Both the position numbers and the translations under genes were made by a program. The notes beneath the pieces are model-generated. The model was not told the DNA's origin, did no database searches, and was given only the letters and a program-made list of their open reading frames with translations. A stretch of DNA of 64,000 nucleotides from Eledone cirrhosa (lineage: Eukaryota), in assembly GCA_964016885.1 (NCBI GenBank), contig OZ024741.1, positions 302,746,001-302,810,000 on the forward strand, in the 5' to 3' direction. Each line of letters opens with the position of its first letter. Position 1 is the stretch's first letter. Shown in pieces: positions 29,954-42,384 of the stretch.

Positions 29954-31270
29954 TTCTTCTTCTTCTTCTTCTTCTTCTTCTTCTTCTTCTTCTTCTTCTT
30001 CTTCTTCTTCTTCTTCTTGGGAGGGTCGTGGGGTCAGGGTCCTCAAATATTCCTTCCAGCGAGTCCTGTCAGAAGCAACCGTCTCCAATTGATTCGGCTG
30101 GATCCCCAAATGAGACCAGCCAAGCTCATGGATGTTATTCAACCATCTTGCTCGGGTCTTTCCCCGAGTCTCCTACCAGTTGGTTTTGCCTTAAAATCAT
30201 TCCAGCGATTTTTTCCTGAGACATTCTAACCACATGCACGTATTATTAGTGCTGTGATCTCTCAATTCGGAGAAATAGCGGCTCTACCTGAAGCGACCTT
30301 GATCTCCGAGATACGCACTCTATCGAGTAACGTTATTCCAAAGAACCTACGGAGGAACCCCATTTCGGCCGATTGTATTCGCGATCGTATTCTTTCGCTC
30401 ATTACCCAAGATTCATGAATACCGAATTAAAGATAGCAAGTTTGGTCTTTACCTTAACATACCTTCTTCTGATTACCGAATGCTGAAGTTGGCGCATTAC
30501 TGCACCAGCTACTGAAATTTCTTCAATTAATTCAGCCCCCTGCTTCAGTGGAACTCCACTCATATGTAGAGTGTACTGCGCAGACTTCCTAGAGAAAAGA
30601 AGTGTCAATTTTTGCATCACTGATTTTCATTCCTGCCGTGCAGCACTTCGCATGAAGCTTATCAAGTGCAAGTCGGAGATCACCTGACGAGTTAAGTAAT
30701 ATGATTTCGTCTGCAAATTCCAAACGACTGATCCTACACCAGTCGTGATACGACTTCCATCCGGCTGCGCATTTCAATCCATGAAGATTATGAATAGGAA
30801 AGGCGACAGTACGCACTCTTGGTGGAGTCCGACTCCCACACCGAATAGTTTCGATTTAGCACCATTTATTTGAACATAAATACTTGGCAGAACTCCCACG
30901 ATTTCTTAAAGACATTGTGAATATTTGGTAGGCTGTGCTGCGTCCGGGGCAAAAACTACACTGTTCATCAGATAGCTTGGACTCAACAATTTCCTTACAT
31001 CGCTTTGCCAGACATTTAGCATAGACTTTACTGAGGAGGCTTAAAAGGGAGTTCTCTCTATAACTAGAACAATCTCCCCTGTCTCCCTTTTTGAAAATTG
31101 GGATCGTCACTCTCGCTTAGGTGCCTTTCCAGAGATACAGGCCACTCAGCACACACGAGTCAACCAGAAAATATCTTCTCTATTTAAGGCTTTTAATATC
31201 TTGGACCGAATTTCCTCTTTCCTAGTGGCATTGCTACATTTGAGCTCTTTAGTTGCTCTTGTGACACACA
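29954..31270 (-). mobile_element. RTE-clade LINE 3' fragment with (GAA)n tail
   Basis: IPIFKKGDRGDCSSYRENSLLS..EQCSFCPGRST, GLHQECVLSPFLFIIFMD and FADEIILL; (TTC)n at 29954-30017 on the plus strand. Confidence 0.85.
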
Positions 31271-31477
31271 CTTTCTTCTTTCTTTCATTTTCTTTCCCAT
31301 TCCCCCTTTTCCACCACATGCACTCACATTCTCTCTTCTTTCTCTCATTCTCTCTCTCACGTCCCTTCTTTCTACTGCATAAACACACTCACTTATTCCT
31401 CTCATTCTCTCGTCTACCCTCTCCTACTGCACATACAAACACACTTATTTCTTTCATTCTCTCACCCATTGCTCTTT

Positions 31478-31551
<74 letters not shown>

Positions 31552-31861
31552 CCTCTCTTCTTTCTCTCATTCTCTCTACCACTCCCACTTTTCTATCGCA
31601 CCCATACGCACTCCCCCTTATTGCTCTCTTTCTCTTTCTCTTTGACTTTTACCCTCCTGTTTTCGCATCTTGGGTGGCAGTCTGTAAATTAATATTCATA
31701 ATCTATTCCTGTTTCAGATGATCTCACTATAAAAAAATAACAACAACGAAAATGAAAACAATTCAAGCTTCAACACACTCCTATCTTTCTGCCACACCCT
31801 TGCGCCACCTAGGGCAACCACTTCCCAACTAGTCATGCAAGTGAAGACCTAGCTTCGATCA

Positions 31862-31927
<66 letters not shown>

Positions 31928-32010
31928 ATAAATGTGTGTATATATATAACCTAACACACGTACACATACACACACAGAACACGCATATATATATATATAT
32001 ATACTGTATA

Positions 32011-32538
32011 TATGAGTGTATGTATAGTATATTTGGCAATATACCGTATGTTTAATTTAAAACATTTTGAAGACGATACGCTATCAGTTTTAAAGTAGTG
32101 ACTATGTCACTTATTTCTTTTCGGCGAAAGAAGGGAGAGAAGCTAGCAGTCTGTTTCACGTTGTTGGCGATTATCAGAGCTACGCACTCCCCGCTTTCGC
32201 CAAAAATTATAGAAGCTGGATTCCTATAGAATTCCCGTAATAATCAGGAGCTGATTATACAGTTATACAGAGGGATTGCTGGTCCAGCAAAAATTAGGTA
32301 TTAGCTCCTGATTATTACTGGAATTCTATAAGAATCTAGCTTCTATAATTTTCGGCGAAAGCGGGGAGTGCGTAGCTCTGATGATTGCCAACAGCGTGAA
32401 ACAGACTGCTAGCTTCTCTCCCTTCTTTCGACGAAAAGAAGTAAGTAACATAGTCACTACTTTAAAACCGATAGCGTATGGTCTTCAAAATGTTTTTAAT
32501 TAAACATACGGTATATTGCCAAATATACTATACATACA

Positions 32539-32544
<6 letters not shown>
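32011..32544. mobile_element. Fold-back element in (TA)n, family E, with ~240-bp arms
   Basis: Arms 32011-32253 and 32302-32544 are near reverse complements; a single-orientation copy lies at 44950-45256. Confidence 0.9.
32374..32414 (+). ncRNA. Hammerhead-like motif, family E (C at 16.1)
   Basis: agct-CTGATGA-ttgc caaca gcgt-GAAA-cagactg-CT-agct; mirror copy 32141-32181 (-); third copy 45084-45125 (+). Confidence 0.6.
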
Positions 32545-32595
<51 letters not shown>

Positions 32596-32687
32596 CCAAA
32601 TATTAATATGGTTCGTTGATTACTCAACGAATACAATATTACAATAGATTAGAAGCACTCAACCAGTGATTTTCCTGGAGTTTTTAA

Positions 32688-33001
32688 TATTATTCAAAAT
32701 GTAAATAAATGAAAAATATTCTCATAATCAAAATATATATTTTATTATACATATTTCAAAGGTACAATGGGGTTTCAGTATGTTTTCATCAGACAAAACA
32801 TATGATTTGACCCACCGCTACGGTTTTGATTATTCAATTCCAGTATTGGAATTGAATAATCAAAACCGTAGCGGTATGTCACATATCAAATCATATGTTT
32901 TGTTTGATGAAAAGGTACTTAAACCCCATTGTACCTTTGAAATATGTATAATAAAATATGTATTTTGATTATGAGAATATTTTTCATTTATTAACATTTT
33001 G

Positions 33002-33009
<8 letters not shown>
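32688..33009. mobile_element. Fold-back element, family D, with an HHR in each arm
   Basis: 4-nt loop at 32843-32846; HHRs at 32735-32803 (-, CTGATGA) and 32893-32961 (+, TTGATGA, stem II aaaggtac/gtaccttt, GAAA tatgta TA). Confidence 0.85.
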
Positions 33010-33100
<91 letters not shown>

Positions 33101-33184
33101 TAGATAGATAGATATGTAAAAGGTAAAGAGAAAAATACAAAATAACCAAAAGAATCGGCACAGTACATGGAAGAAATATATTAG

Positions 33185-33250
33185 TTTAACGCTTGAAATA
33201 CCAGGAAGCTAGCCATACCGTTTCGGACACTAGTCCTTCATTAGAAGATA
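33185..33250 (-). ncRNA. Degenerate hammerhead motif, family F
   Basis: CTAATGA-aggac tagt gtcc-GAAA-cg..cg-TT-aaac; relatives at 33481-33550 (CTGATGA agggt ttat gccc GAAA) and 41715-41780. Confidence 0.55.
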
Positions 33251-33336
33251 GAGTTAGAAATAGAATATAGATATAAATTAAAAAGTGATAAGGCGAAGGA
33301 AGGAACGGGGAGAAGTGAGGAAAAACCCACACGTGC

Positions 33337-33430
<94 letters not shown>

Positions 33431-33666
33431 GAATCTTAGTCAGGAACAAAAACAGAGAGGCAGTACAAATATGAGTTTATTATTTTCACGCTTTTGAGAG
33501 GGGGGGGGGGGGGGCAGCTTTTCGGGCATAAACCCTTCATCAGGAGAAAAGTGGGTAGGAAGTGAGTTCCGAGGGTGTGTGGTGGAGTGGTGGAAAGACA
33601 TTTAAAAAAGGGGGAGGGGGAGAGAAAAGGGAGGAAAAACGATATATATATATATATATATATACA

Positions 33667-34011
33667 TATACAATATATTAACAAATGGAAACTATATTTA
33701 TAAAACCATATTTATTTCATTATACATATTTCAAGGGCCACCAAAGCAGATTATAGTGCGCTTTCATCAGATAAAATATAATATAGATTAGTTTTATAAA
33801 ACTAATCTATATTATATTTTATCTGATGTAAGCGCACCATAATCTGCCTTGGTGGCCCTTGAAATATGTATAATGAAATAAATATGGTTTTATAAATATA
33901 GTTTCCATTTGTTAATATATTGTATATTTACTCCAATAATTTGTTGAGTGCTTTATATCAGTTATAAAAATATTTTGCTCGTTGTATCCCAACAAATTAA
34001 ATATAACCTCT

Positions 34012-34015
<4 letters not shown>
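33667..34015. mobile_element. Fold-back element, family D, loop-less palindrome with an HHR in each arm
   Basis: Palindrome 33667-33926 centred at 33796/33797; HHRs at ~33712-33782 (-) and ~33812-33880 (+). Confidence 0.85.
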
Positions 34016-34087
<72 letters not shown>

Positions 34088-34345
34088 TTGCGAACTGGAT
34101 ATAAAAATATTAGTTGCCAGGAAGAGACAATGGGACACACACACAACTACAATACTATCATTTAATTTTTATATCGAAAAAATAAAATAAAAAAAATTCC
34201 TCTTTATTTCTGTGTATGCAATTGAGCGTAACATTGTAAAAAGAATATATAGATTATAGAATATATTAAAAATATCTTACTTTCTCCAATAAAAAAGATT
34301 TTGTGAAATATACACATGCACAAAATAGCAGTAATGATCTTCGGT

Positions 34346-34377
<32 letters not shown>

Positions 34378-34389
34378 CCCCCACCCCCC

Positions 34390-34810
<421 letters not shown>

Positions 34811-34843
34811 TATCATAACTTGTGTGTTACACCTCTATTCTTT

Positions 34844-35066
<223 letters not shown>

Positions 35067-35088
35067 ATATATATATATATATATATAT

Positions 35089-35128
<40 letters not shown>

Positions 35129-35835
35129 ATTATATATAATTAAACGGAGTTAAATACTCACATTAATCCGCTATAATTTAATGAGCTCAAGGCATAGATA
35201 CCGGGCCTTGAAAAATATCACATGATCCACATAACAGGTGCCATGTGTCCGAACACGGAAGAGTCGAACTCCCACTGTCATCGCCTTCATCTCTTTCGCT
35301 CTCCCCATCTCTCTGTATGGTGAGCAAATAGGGTCTCACGTACTACCCGCCCCACAGCCCCGGCGGACAGAATGGAGAAGGCGTTTCCCCGGGGGATGGT
35401 AAGGGAAATGCGCTAGAGAAACTTACATTAAGAGGTATGTGTTCAATTATAGGGGATAGGATACCACCAGGGTGAAAATCATATTGTCTACGAAAGGAAT
35501 GGAGAATACATATCAATTAAATTAAAATGTACAGACCCTTCCTTTATAAGTATATCTCCTGGACATGCAGTAAACATGTTTCGCTGCAAATAAAGTGTAG
35601 AATCAAACCGTTGACGGCCTATAAACAGTAGGATCAAACAATACAATCCACCCTTCTAAAAATATATCAGACAAGTAGCAAATGCACATGGTGTAAAGAC
35701 AAAACACATGCACTATACAGCACATGGTAGTGTGAATAGACCAAAAGACCGCTAAAAATAGCAGCCGAGAACCATTCAGCTTAAGAAGCTCTACTTACAT
35801 ATAGAAATGAATCAGGAGCCAATATATATATATAT

Positions 35836-36058
35836 AGTAATAATAATAAACGCGAAGACTAAAATCTAAAGAGGGCTCGATAAGGATAAATATATATCAA
35901 ATATATAAGAACCCTACAGCAAATGTTTATTAAAATAACAGATTAAAGTTTAAGCAAAGAATCGATGCTTTCACCCTTAACGGGATTTTCTGAAGATCCC
36001 GTTAAGGGTGAAAGCAGCGATTCTTTGCTTAAACTTTAATCTGTTATTTTAATAAATA
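35836..36058. mobile_element. Family A fold-back pair
   Basis: A minus copy joined head-to-head with a plus copy at ~35992. Confidence 0.85.
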
Positions 36059-36069
36059 TAAATATATAT

Positions 36070-36460
36070 ATATACGATATTAATAAATGGAAACTATATT
36101 TATAAGACCATATTTATTTCATTATACATATTTCAGGGATATCAAATTAAATTATGGTATGCCTTCATCAGACAAAATACAATATATAACAGTTTTACAA
36201 ATAAGCTTTGACGTACCCTTTTAAAATGGGTACGTCAAAGCTTATTTGTAAAACTGTTATATATTGTATTTTGTCTGATGAAGGCATACCATAATTTAAT
36301 TTGATATCCCTGAAATATGTATAATGAAATAAATATGGTTTTATAAATATAGTTTCCATTTATTAATATCGTATATCTACCCCAAATACTTGTCGAGTGC
36401 TTTATATCAGTTATAAAAATATTTACTTGTTGTATCCCAACAATTTTAAATAGAACTTTT
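36070..36460. mobile_element. Fold-back element, family D, with an intact HHR core in each arm
   Basis: Inverted repeat 36070-36376; tattttgt-CTGATGA..GAAA-tatgta-TA-atgaaata at 36267-36331 (+), mirrored at 36113-36180 (-). Confidence 0.85.
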
Positions 36461-36467
36461 GCATATA

Positions 36468-36544
<77 letters not shown>

Positions 36545-36560
36545 ATATATATATACATAT

Positions 36561-37166
36561 GTCAGGTCACCAGTTGCTGCTACTGGTAACATGTATCCCA
36601 GTACAACCTGTCTCATGGTCGGGTCGTTGGCGACTAAACTGGCAACCCCACCAAGGTTTCTTGGTGAGGAGGGTGACTTTGGACATCCTGCAGGACTAAA
36701 AACAAAACTTGTCAAAGGGCAAAGGAGCTCTTAAGAGACAATGGGCATCCAAAATCACCGGGAGAGATGACCCCTTAGCCTTTGTCAAGGCAGAATACTA
36801 GGAGAAGGAAAACTCTGATATAACACCTGCAACCCTGATGGTATCCAATGATGTTGACTTGTTTTTCTTTTTGGTAAATATCATCTTGGTTAAGAGAGTG
36901 AGACTGGCTTTGTGCAGTGCCTTTGCTCACTATAAAAACTTCACGGCAGAGGCATTGCTTTATATCTGGAGATTTCTCTGCACTTGTCGTCACATGGTAC
37001 CATCGGCCCAGCACTATGTGTCAATAATTGTCACAAGTGTAGTGTTTGTACCAGAGTTTTCAAGTCGCTGGCTAGACTAAAAAGTCACACTCGTTCAGCG
37101 CATCGGTAGGGGTTCTCCTACATGGATATAAAGTAGTGGCCGTACTCGAAAAGGAGTTGGCAGCCA

Positions 37167-37168
<2 letters not shown>
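36561..37168. mobile_element. ~610-bp non-coding interspersed repeat, copy 2 (inverted relative to 3190-3803)
   Basis: End-to-end similarity to copy 1; TA-flanked. Confidence 0.85.
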
Positions 37169-37234
<66 letters not shown>

Positions 37235-37268
37235 AAGGTACTCAATATATAGTAGAGTATATACAATA

Positions 37269-37332
<64 letters not shown>

Positions 37333-37931
37333 GTATGTGTGTGTGTATGTGTATGTATGTGTCTGTGTGTATATATACATGATGATGGTGGTGACTGCTA
37401 TAGCCAATGGAAGCTATTGCAAAACACAACACCAGGGTTTGCGAGGTGAGCAGGGCAATGCCCAGCGATAACAATGAATGCCATAGCTAGACACCCAAGG
37501 GCTTCCGTGGTGAACGGTGCTTTAGCACTGCAACGCCAAAGGAAGCTGTAGCCACAGCTAGAGCTTCCAAGGCAGCCAGTGCTTCTTTTACATTCTTCCA
37601 GTTGGAAAAACCAGAAACAAAAGAAAAATTCTTCTTTTTCCGGGCGTGTGGAGATTGAACTTTGAACAGTCTTCACCATTTAAAATTAACAGTTATAAAA
37701 CCAGCGATTTTATCATTCAACCAACTAGACCTTTCGAATTCCTAGGCCTTTTCAAAAGTTATAATGTAAATAGTAATCTTTGGTATTTCTATAGTGTTAC
37801 CCACTTTACGTATGGTTTTGCTGAAATATTTTACATCGTGGTATACCGAGTTTGGTTATTCTATCAATTATCGAAGACTAATATTAATTAATACTAATAC
37901 TAATACTAATTAATTTCTACAAATAACTAAT

Positions 37932-38008
<77 letters not shown>

Positions 38009-38355
38009 ATCTATCTCTCTATCTATCTATCTATCTCTCTCTCTCTATATATATATACATAAAGAGAGAGAGAAAGAGAAAAACGAACTGACATTGCCTA
38101 CACAGATATTCATACACTCGTAAATGTCTTTAAAGGTTGTTCACCCTATTTTATAAGCTATTTTTACAGCATTACTGCTCTTAAGCACTTTTTTTTATAC
38201 TTATATAATTACATATATTCTCATCGTTCCAAAACCTGAAAATTCGGCTTCGTACGTTGTTTCCCCACTCTCAAGCATGAACCTAATACCAAACACTTTT
38301 CGTAACTGTACACCTTGTTATTGTTTTTGTTTTTTACTCTTCCAATATATATATC

Positions 38356-39046
38356 AACTGTATATAGACACCCTATATACTTAGTACCTGGGGGGATATT
38401 GATCTCATTTTATGTATATTCTCTCATGTGTAGAGAAAAAAATCCGTCGTTTACCTAGCTGCTATTTTTAGTGGTGTGGCAGACAACACGCCTATGCTAC
38501 TACTCCCGCTTCTACTAACCACCAGTTCACGTGTAGGTCACGTTTACGGCCCCATTCGATCCTGCACTAGCTGGCTGAAGGCAATATATTTGCTGACTGT
38601 GGGACTTCATGTCCTATGTAAGGGAAAATGCTTTCTGAAGAGCCGAACTTTCCATTGGAAGTCCCTTGAATTTCCAATCTTTTGTGAAGCGAAACCGTCG
38701 GTAAAAGCAATGTGGATAGGTAAATATTTAATTTATATTTTTTGAATTTATTTTGAAGGATTGTTTGAATTTTGCTTGTCCCGCGTATCTCAATTTTATA
38801 GTTCTGGTATGTCAAATTAATACCATTGAACAACAACTGTATCATAGACACCCTATATATTTCCGAGGGTACTTAATATCTGTGAGGATATTGATCTCAT
38901 TTTATGTATATTCTCCCATGTGTAGAGAAAAAAATCTGCCGTTTACCTAGCTGCTATTTTTAGTGGTGTGGCAGACAACACGTCTATGCTACTACTCCGG
39001 CTTCTACTAACGACCAGTTCACGTGTAGGTCACGTTTGCGGCCATA
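38356..39046 (+). repeat. Direct repeat of ~200 bp (38356-38555 and 38836-39046) bracketing an HHR
   Basis: aactgtat..agacaccctatata..tcacgttt.cggcc occurs twice, ~480 bp apart. Confidence 0.85.
38629..38709 (+). ncRNA. Type I hammerhead ribozyme with canonical core
   Basis: tgcttt-CTGAAGA-gc...gc-GAAA-ccgtcgg-TA-aaagca; perfect 6-bp stem I; near-palindromic stem III. Confidence 0.85.
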
Positions 39047-39154
39047 CCAATCACAAACTTTCTGCCTTGACCACTAGCCACGTGATGATTCTTAGCCATT
39101 TTGAATTCGTTTCTGGCGGGGATCATGTAAGAAAAATCTTTGTCCAATTGAGTT

Positions 39155-39239
39155 TATCTCTTGATGATTTCCAACCTCGTTGATTTATCCAAGATCGGAT
39201 ATATCCAAAAATTGAATGAAACCGCCGGGGGTAGAGATA
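39155..39239 (+). ncRNA. Hammerhead motif, family C copy 2
   Basis: tatctc-TTGATGA...GAAA-ccgccggggg-TA-gagata; stem I covaries with 5258-5342. Confidence 0.7.
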
Positions 39240-39529
39240 TTTTGATGATTTTGGTATGTTTATGTACATTTTTTCTTCTAACTTTGATTTTGTACCTAAT
39301 TATGTATGGTTAACTATATATCTAGTCAATTTCTACAGGCTATTAGAAATACTAGGTAAATTTTCTGTAGTTGTGAGTCGCGGATGAAAAGCTATATCAT
39401 TTATCTATTGTTTCTTCATAAGTATATTTTAAACTTATAGCCTCGTTTAAATGAATTTTTGTGTGGTTGATTTATGCTGATTGGGAGAGGAAATACTGTA
39501 TATATTTTATCTAATGATTCTATGGACTT

Positions 39530-39631
<102 letters not shown>

Positions 39632-39636
39632 TATTC

Positions 39637-39740
39637 ATTTTATTAAGGCCAACAGTGAGTCTTGTTACACTGGAGATTCGCCTGTTTGTCACAGGGTCAT
39701 CAGACTAGTAACAAGACTCACTGTTTAGCCTTAATAAAAT
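39637..39740. mobile_element. Short fold-back containing a family G HHR motif (minus strand, 39661-39709)
   Basis: 32-bp arms; ctagt-CTGATGA-ccctgt gacaa acaggc-GAAT-ctccagtg-TA-acaag. Confidence 0.6.
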
Positions 39741-40564
39741 CAATCTTAAAATTCATACCGAAAGGCCTTCCAAATGTTTTTCATAAACATCTCGTATATT
39801 ATTCAATATATAATATGTACACTCTTATGTATATCACTATGTCGGAGCACCAATACAAAGTTTTCATTCATGCCGGGCCAGCTACCGCTTTGTATGCAAA
39901 TTAGTTTCATCAGCTCATAGACATAAGCAGAATTGTATAAGAATCTAGCTTAAGCTTCAGCAAAGGTAGGGAGATATGTAATCTTGAAAAACACTAATAA
40001 GTGATAAACGGTGGCATCGTCAATTACTTCCTGGTGTTTCTGTTAAAGCTAGGTATGTGACGATCATCACAACTTTAACATTCATAGCGAAAGGCCTCTA
40101 ACAAAATGTTTTTCCATAAACATCCCGTTTATTATTCAATATACAATATATATATATATATATATATATATGTATTTCTATTTGGAGTTGCGAATGATAG
40201 AGAGTATTAGCAATTGGAAAGACCAACGGAAACATTGTTTCCTCAGTCCGATTTGACTGAAGACGATCGACTGTCGATATATATGTATGTGTATCGTGTT
40301 CAGCTCACAATCGTAAGGCTGTAAGGAACAACAACAATATATATATATCAGAATTAAACTAGTTAGACCATTATTCAACAGAATACTCGATACTTGGAGT
40401 AGGAACTAGTAGAGTCTGGAACTAGCTGTCGAAAGGGCAAGACCTCAGTTATTAATAAGATGAGTTGAAATTAATGTATGTAAGATTTCACAGATCTAGC
40501 CTCATTCCTTTATAGTCAGCCTATGAAATTCAACCGACTCTTATATATATATTTATTTATTAAA

Positions 40565-40771
40565 TATATAATATACTTATATATTTATTAAAATAACAGA
40601 TTAAAATTTAAGCAAAGAATCGGTGCTTTCACCCTTAACAGGATCTTCTGAAACTAAAAAAATCAATCCGTGAACGCAGAAGTAAATATTTGCTCTACGG
40701 TTCTTATATATTTGATATATATTTATCCTTATCGAGACTCTTTGGATTTTAGTCTTCAAATTTATTATTAT

Positions 40772-40775
<4 letters not shown>
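40565..40775. mobile_element. Family A element: inverted HHR-bearing segment plus a direct 3' segment
   Basis: Minus strand agttt-CAGAAGA-tcct gttaa gggt-GAAA at 40604-40655. Confidence 0.75.
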
Positions 40776-40815
<40 letters not shown>

Positions 40816-40827
40816 GTGTGTGTGTGT

Positions 40828-40906
<79 letters not shown>

Positions 40907-41629
40907 TGTGTGTGTATATATATATAATTTAGAAAACGCAAGAGAAACACAAACATAAAGACAATTCCCGCCCTTCAGCTGTCTGCTTTGAGTCGCTGAT
41001 GTTTCGACGCATTAAAGACAGTACATCTCACCACAGTGCGTTGATAATTAAGAGGATTAATTATCAGGGAAGAGCCCCCCCCCCAACAAATAAAAAAAAA
41101 CAAAAAACAGAGACGATAGCGAAGAAAACGACAGAAAAAGGAAAATAAAATAAACAAAAGAAAAACATACCGATAGAGGGGGGGGGGGATACACGAGACT
41201 AATACATGTAACTGATATATATATATATATGTTATTATCTGAGTCACTTGTGGATACTAACGGCGACGCTGGTCGAAGCACTCGATGCTGTTCAGGCGGC
41301 TGTATTTTGCAGAGTGTATATACAATTGCAGCTTTTTGTAAACTTTATTTCATATTACAATAATTTGTAATATGTTTCTATATCGAAACCTCGAGTTTGA
41401 TCATGTGATCGTATCCTTAATCGACACTTCTTATCGACACTCTCATATCTGAAAAAGATTTTATATATATATATATATACTCTTTTACCTGTCCCAGGCC
41501 ATGCAGTGACACCGCCCTTATTGCTACACGTTCTATCGCCAGTCTGTGTTGGCTGGCCATTGGTGTAAGAGGGAGGACGTTGTTGCTGACCTAAGGTTAC
41601 CTTCGTACCGTGCTGTGGGCTCATATATA

Positions 41630-41679
<50 letters not shown>

Positions 41680-41878
41680 AAATGAAATCTCAGTACAATG
41701 AAGAAATATATTTGTTTAACGCTTGATAAAGTAGGAAAAGAGACATGCCGTTTCTGACACTAGTACTTTATCAGAAAATAGAATAAGAATTAAAAGATGA
41801 AATAGAAAGATAGAGAACGACAATAGGATGGAACGGAAAAAATATTGAGAAAAACACACATGGATATTTAGTCAGCTA

Positions 41879-41915
<37 letters not shown>

Positions 41916-42048
41916 GTGAGGTTTTTTTTTTACAAAATGAAAAATAACCGAGGTGTCCTACACGAGTGGAAGTATAAAGAAAAAGGGATGAAATCGAAAA
42001 TGCAACTGAAGTCTTATTTTTTTAAAAAATATATATATTTATTTGGTT

Positions 42049-42086
42049 CCTTTACCGGTTTCGCAGTTCTTCTGCTTTTCAAAAGG
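42049..42086 (-). ncRNA. Minimal type I hammerhead with U3-A8 core (family H)
   Basis: cctt-TTGAAAA-gcag aagaa ctgc-GAAA-ccgg-TA-aagg; all three stems intact; palindromic ACCGGT. Confidence 0.7.
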
Positions 42087-42119
42087 TGAGTTGAGATGGA
42101 GGGTCTGTGGTTTTTCTCA

Positions 42120-42198
<79 letters not shown>

Positions 42199-42384
42199 GT
42201 AGGTCCCGGGTTGAGACGGGGATAACCACAGTAAGTAAGGTACTCAATACATGGCAGAGTAACATTTTTTTATTTTATAGAAGGAGCTTCTACAGGACTA
42301 GTACGGTTTCATTCAGTTATATATGTTAGTAAATCCATCTTGGATGGATTTACTAACTAGTACTGTTTCATTCAGTTATATATG

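Noticed and set aside
35557-35635. Minus-strand GAAA-catg..catg-TC hammerhead half
   Set aside because: Stem III is good but there is no convincing CUGANGA at the right position; at most a decayed copy
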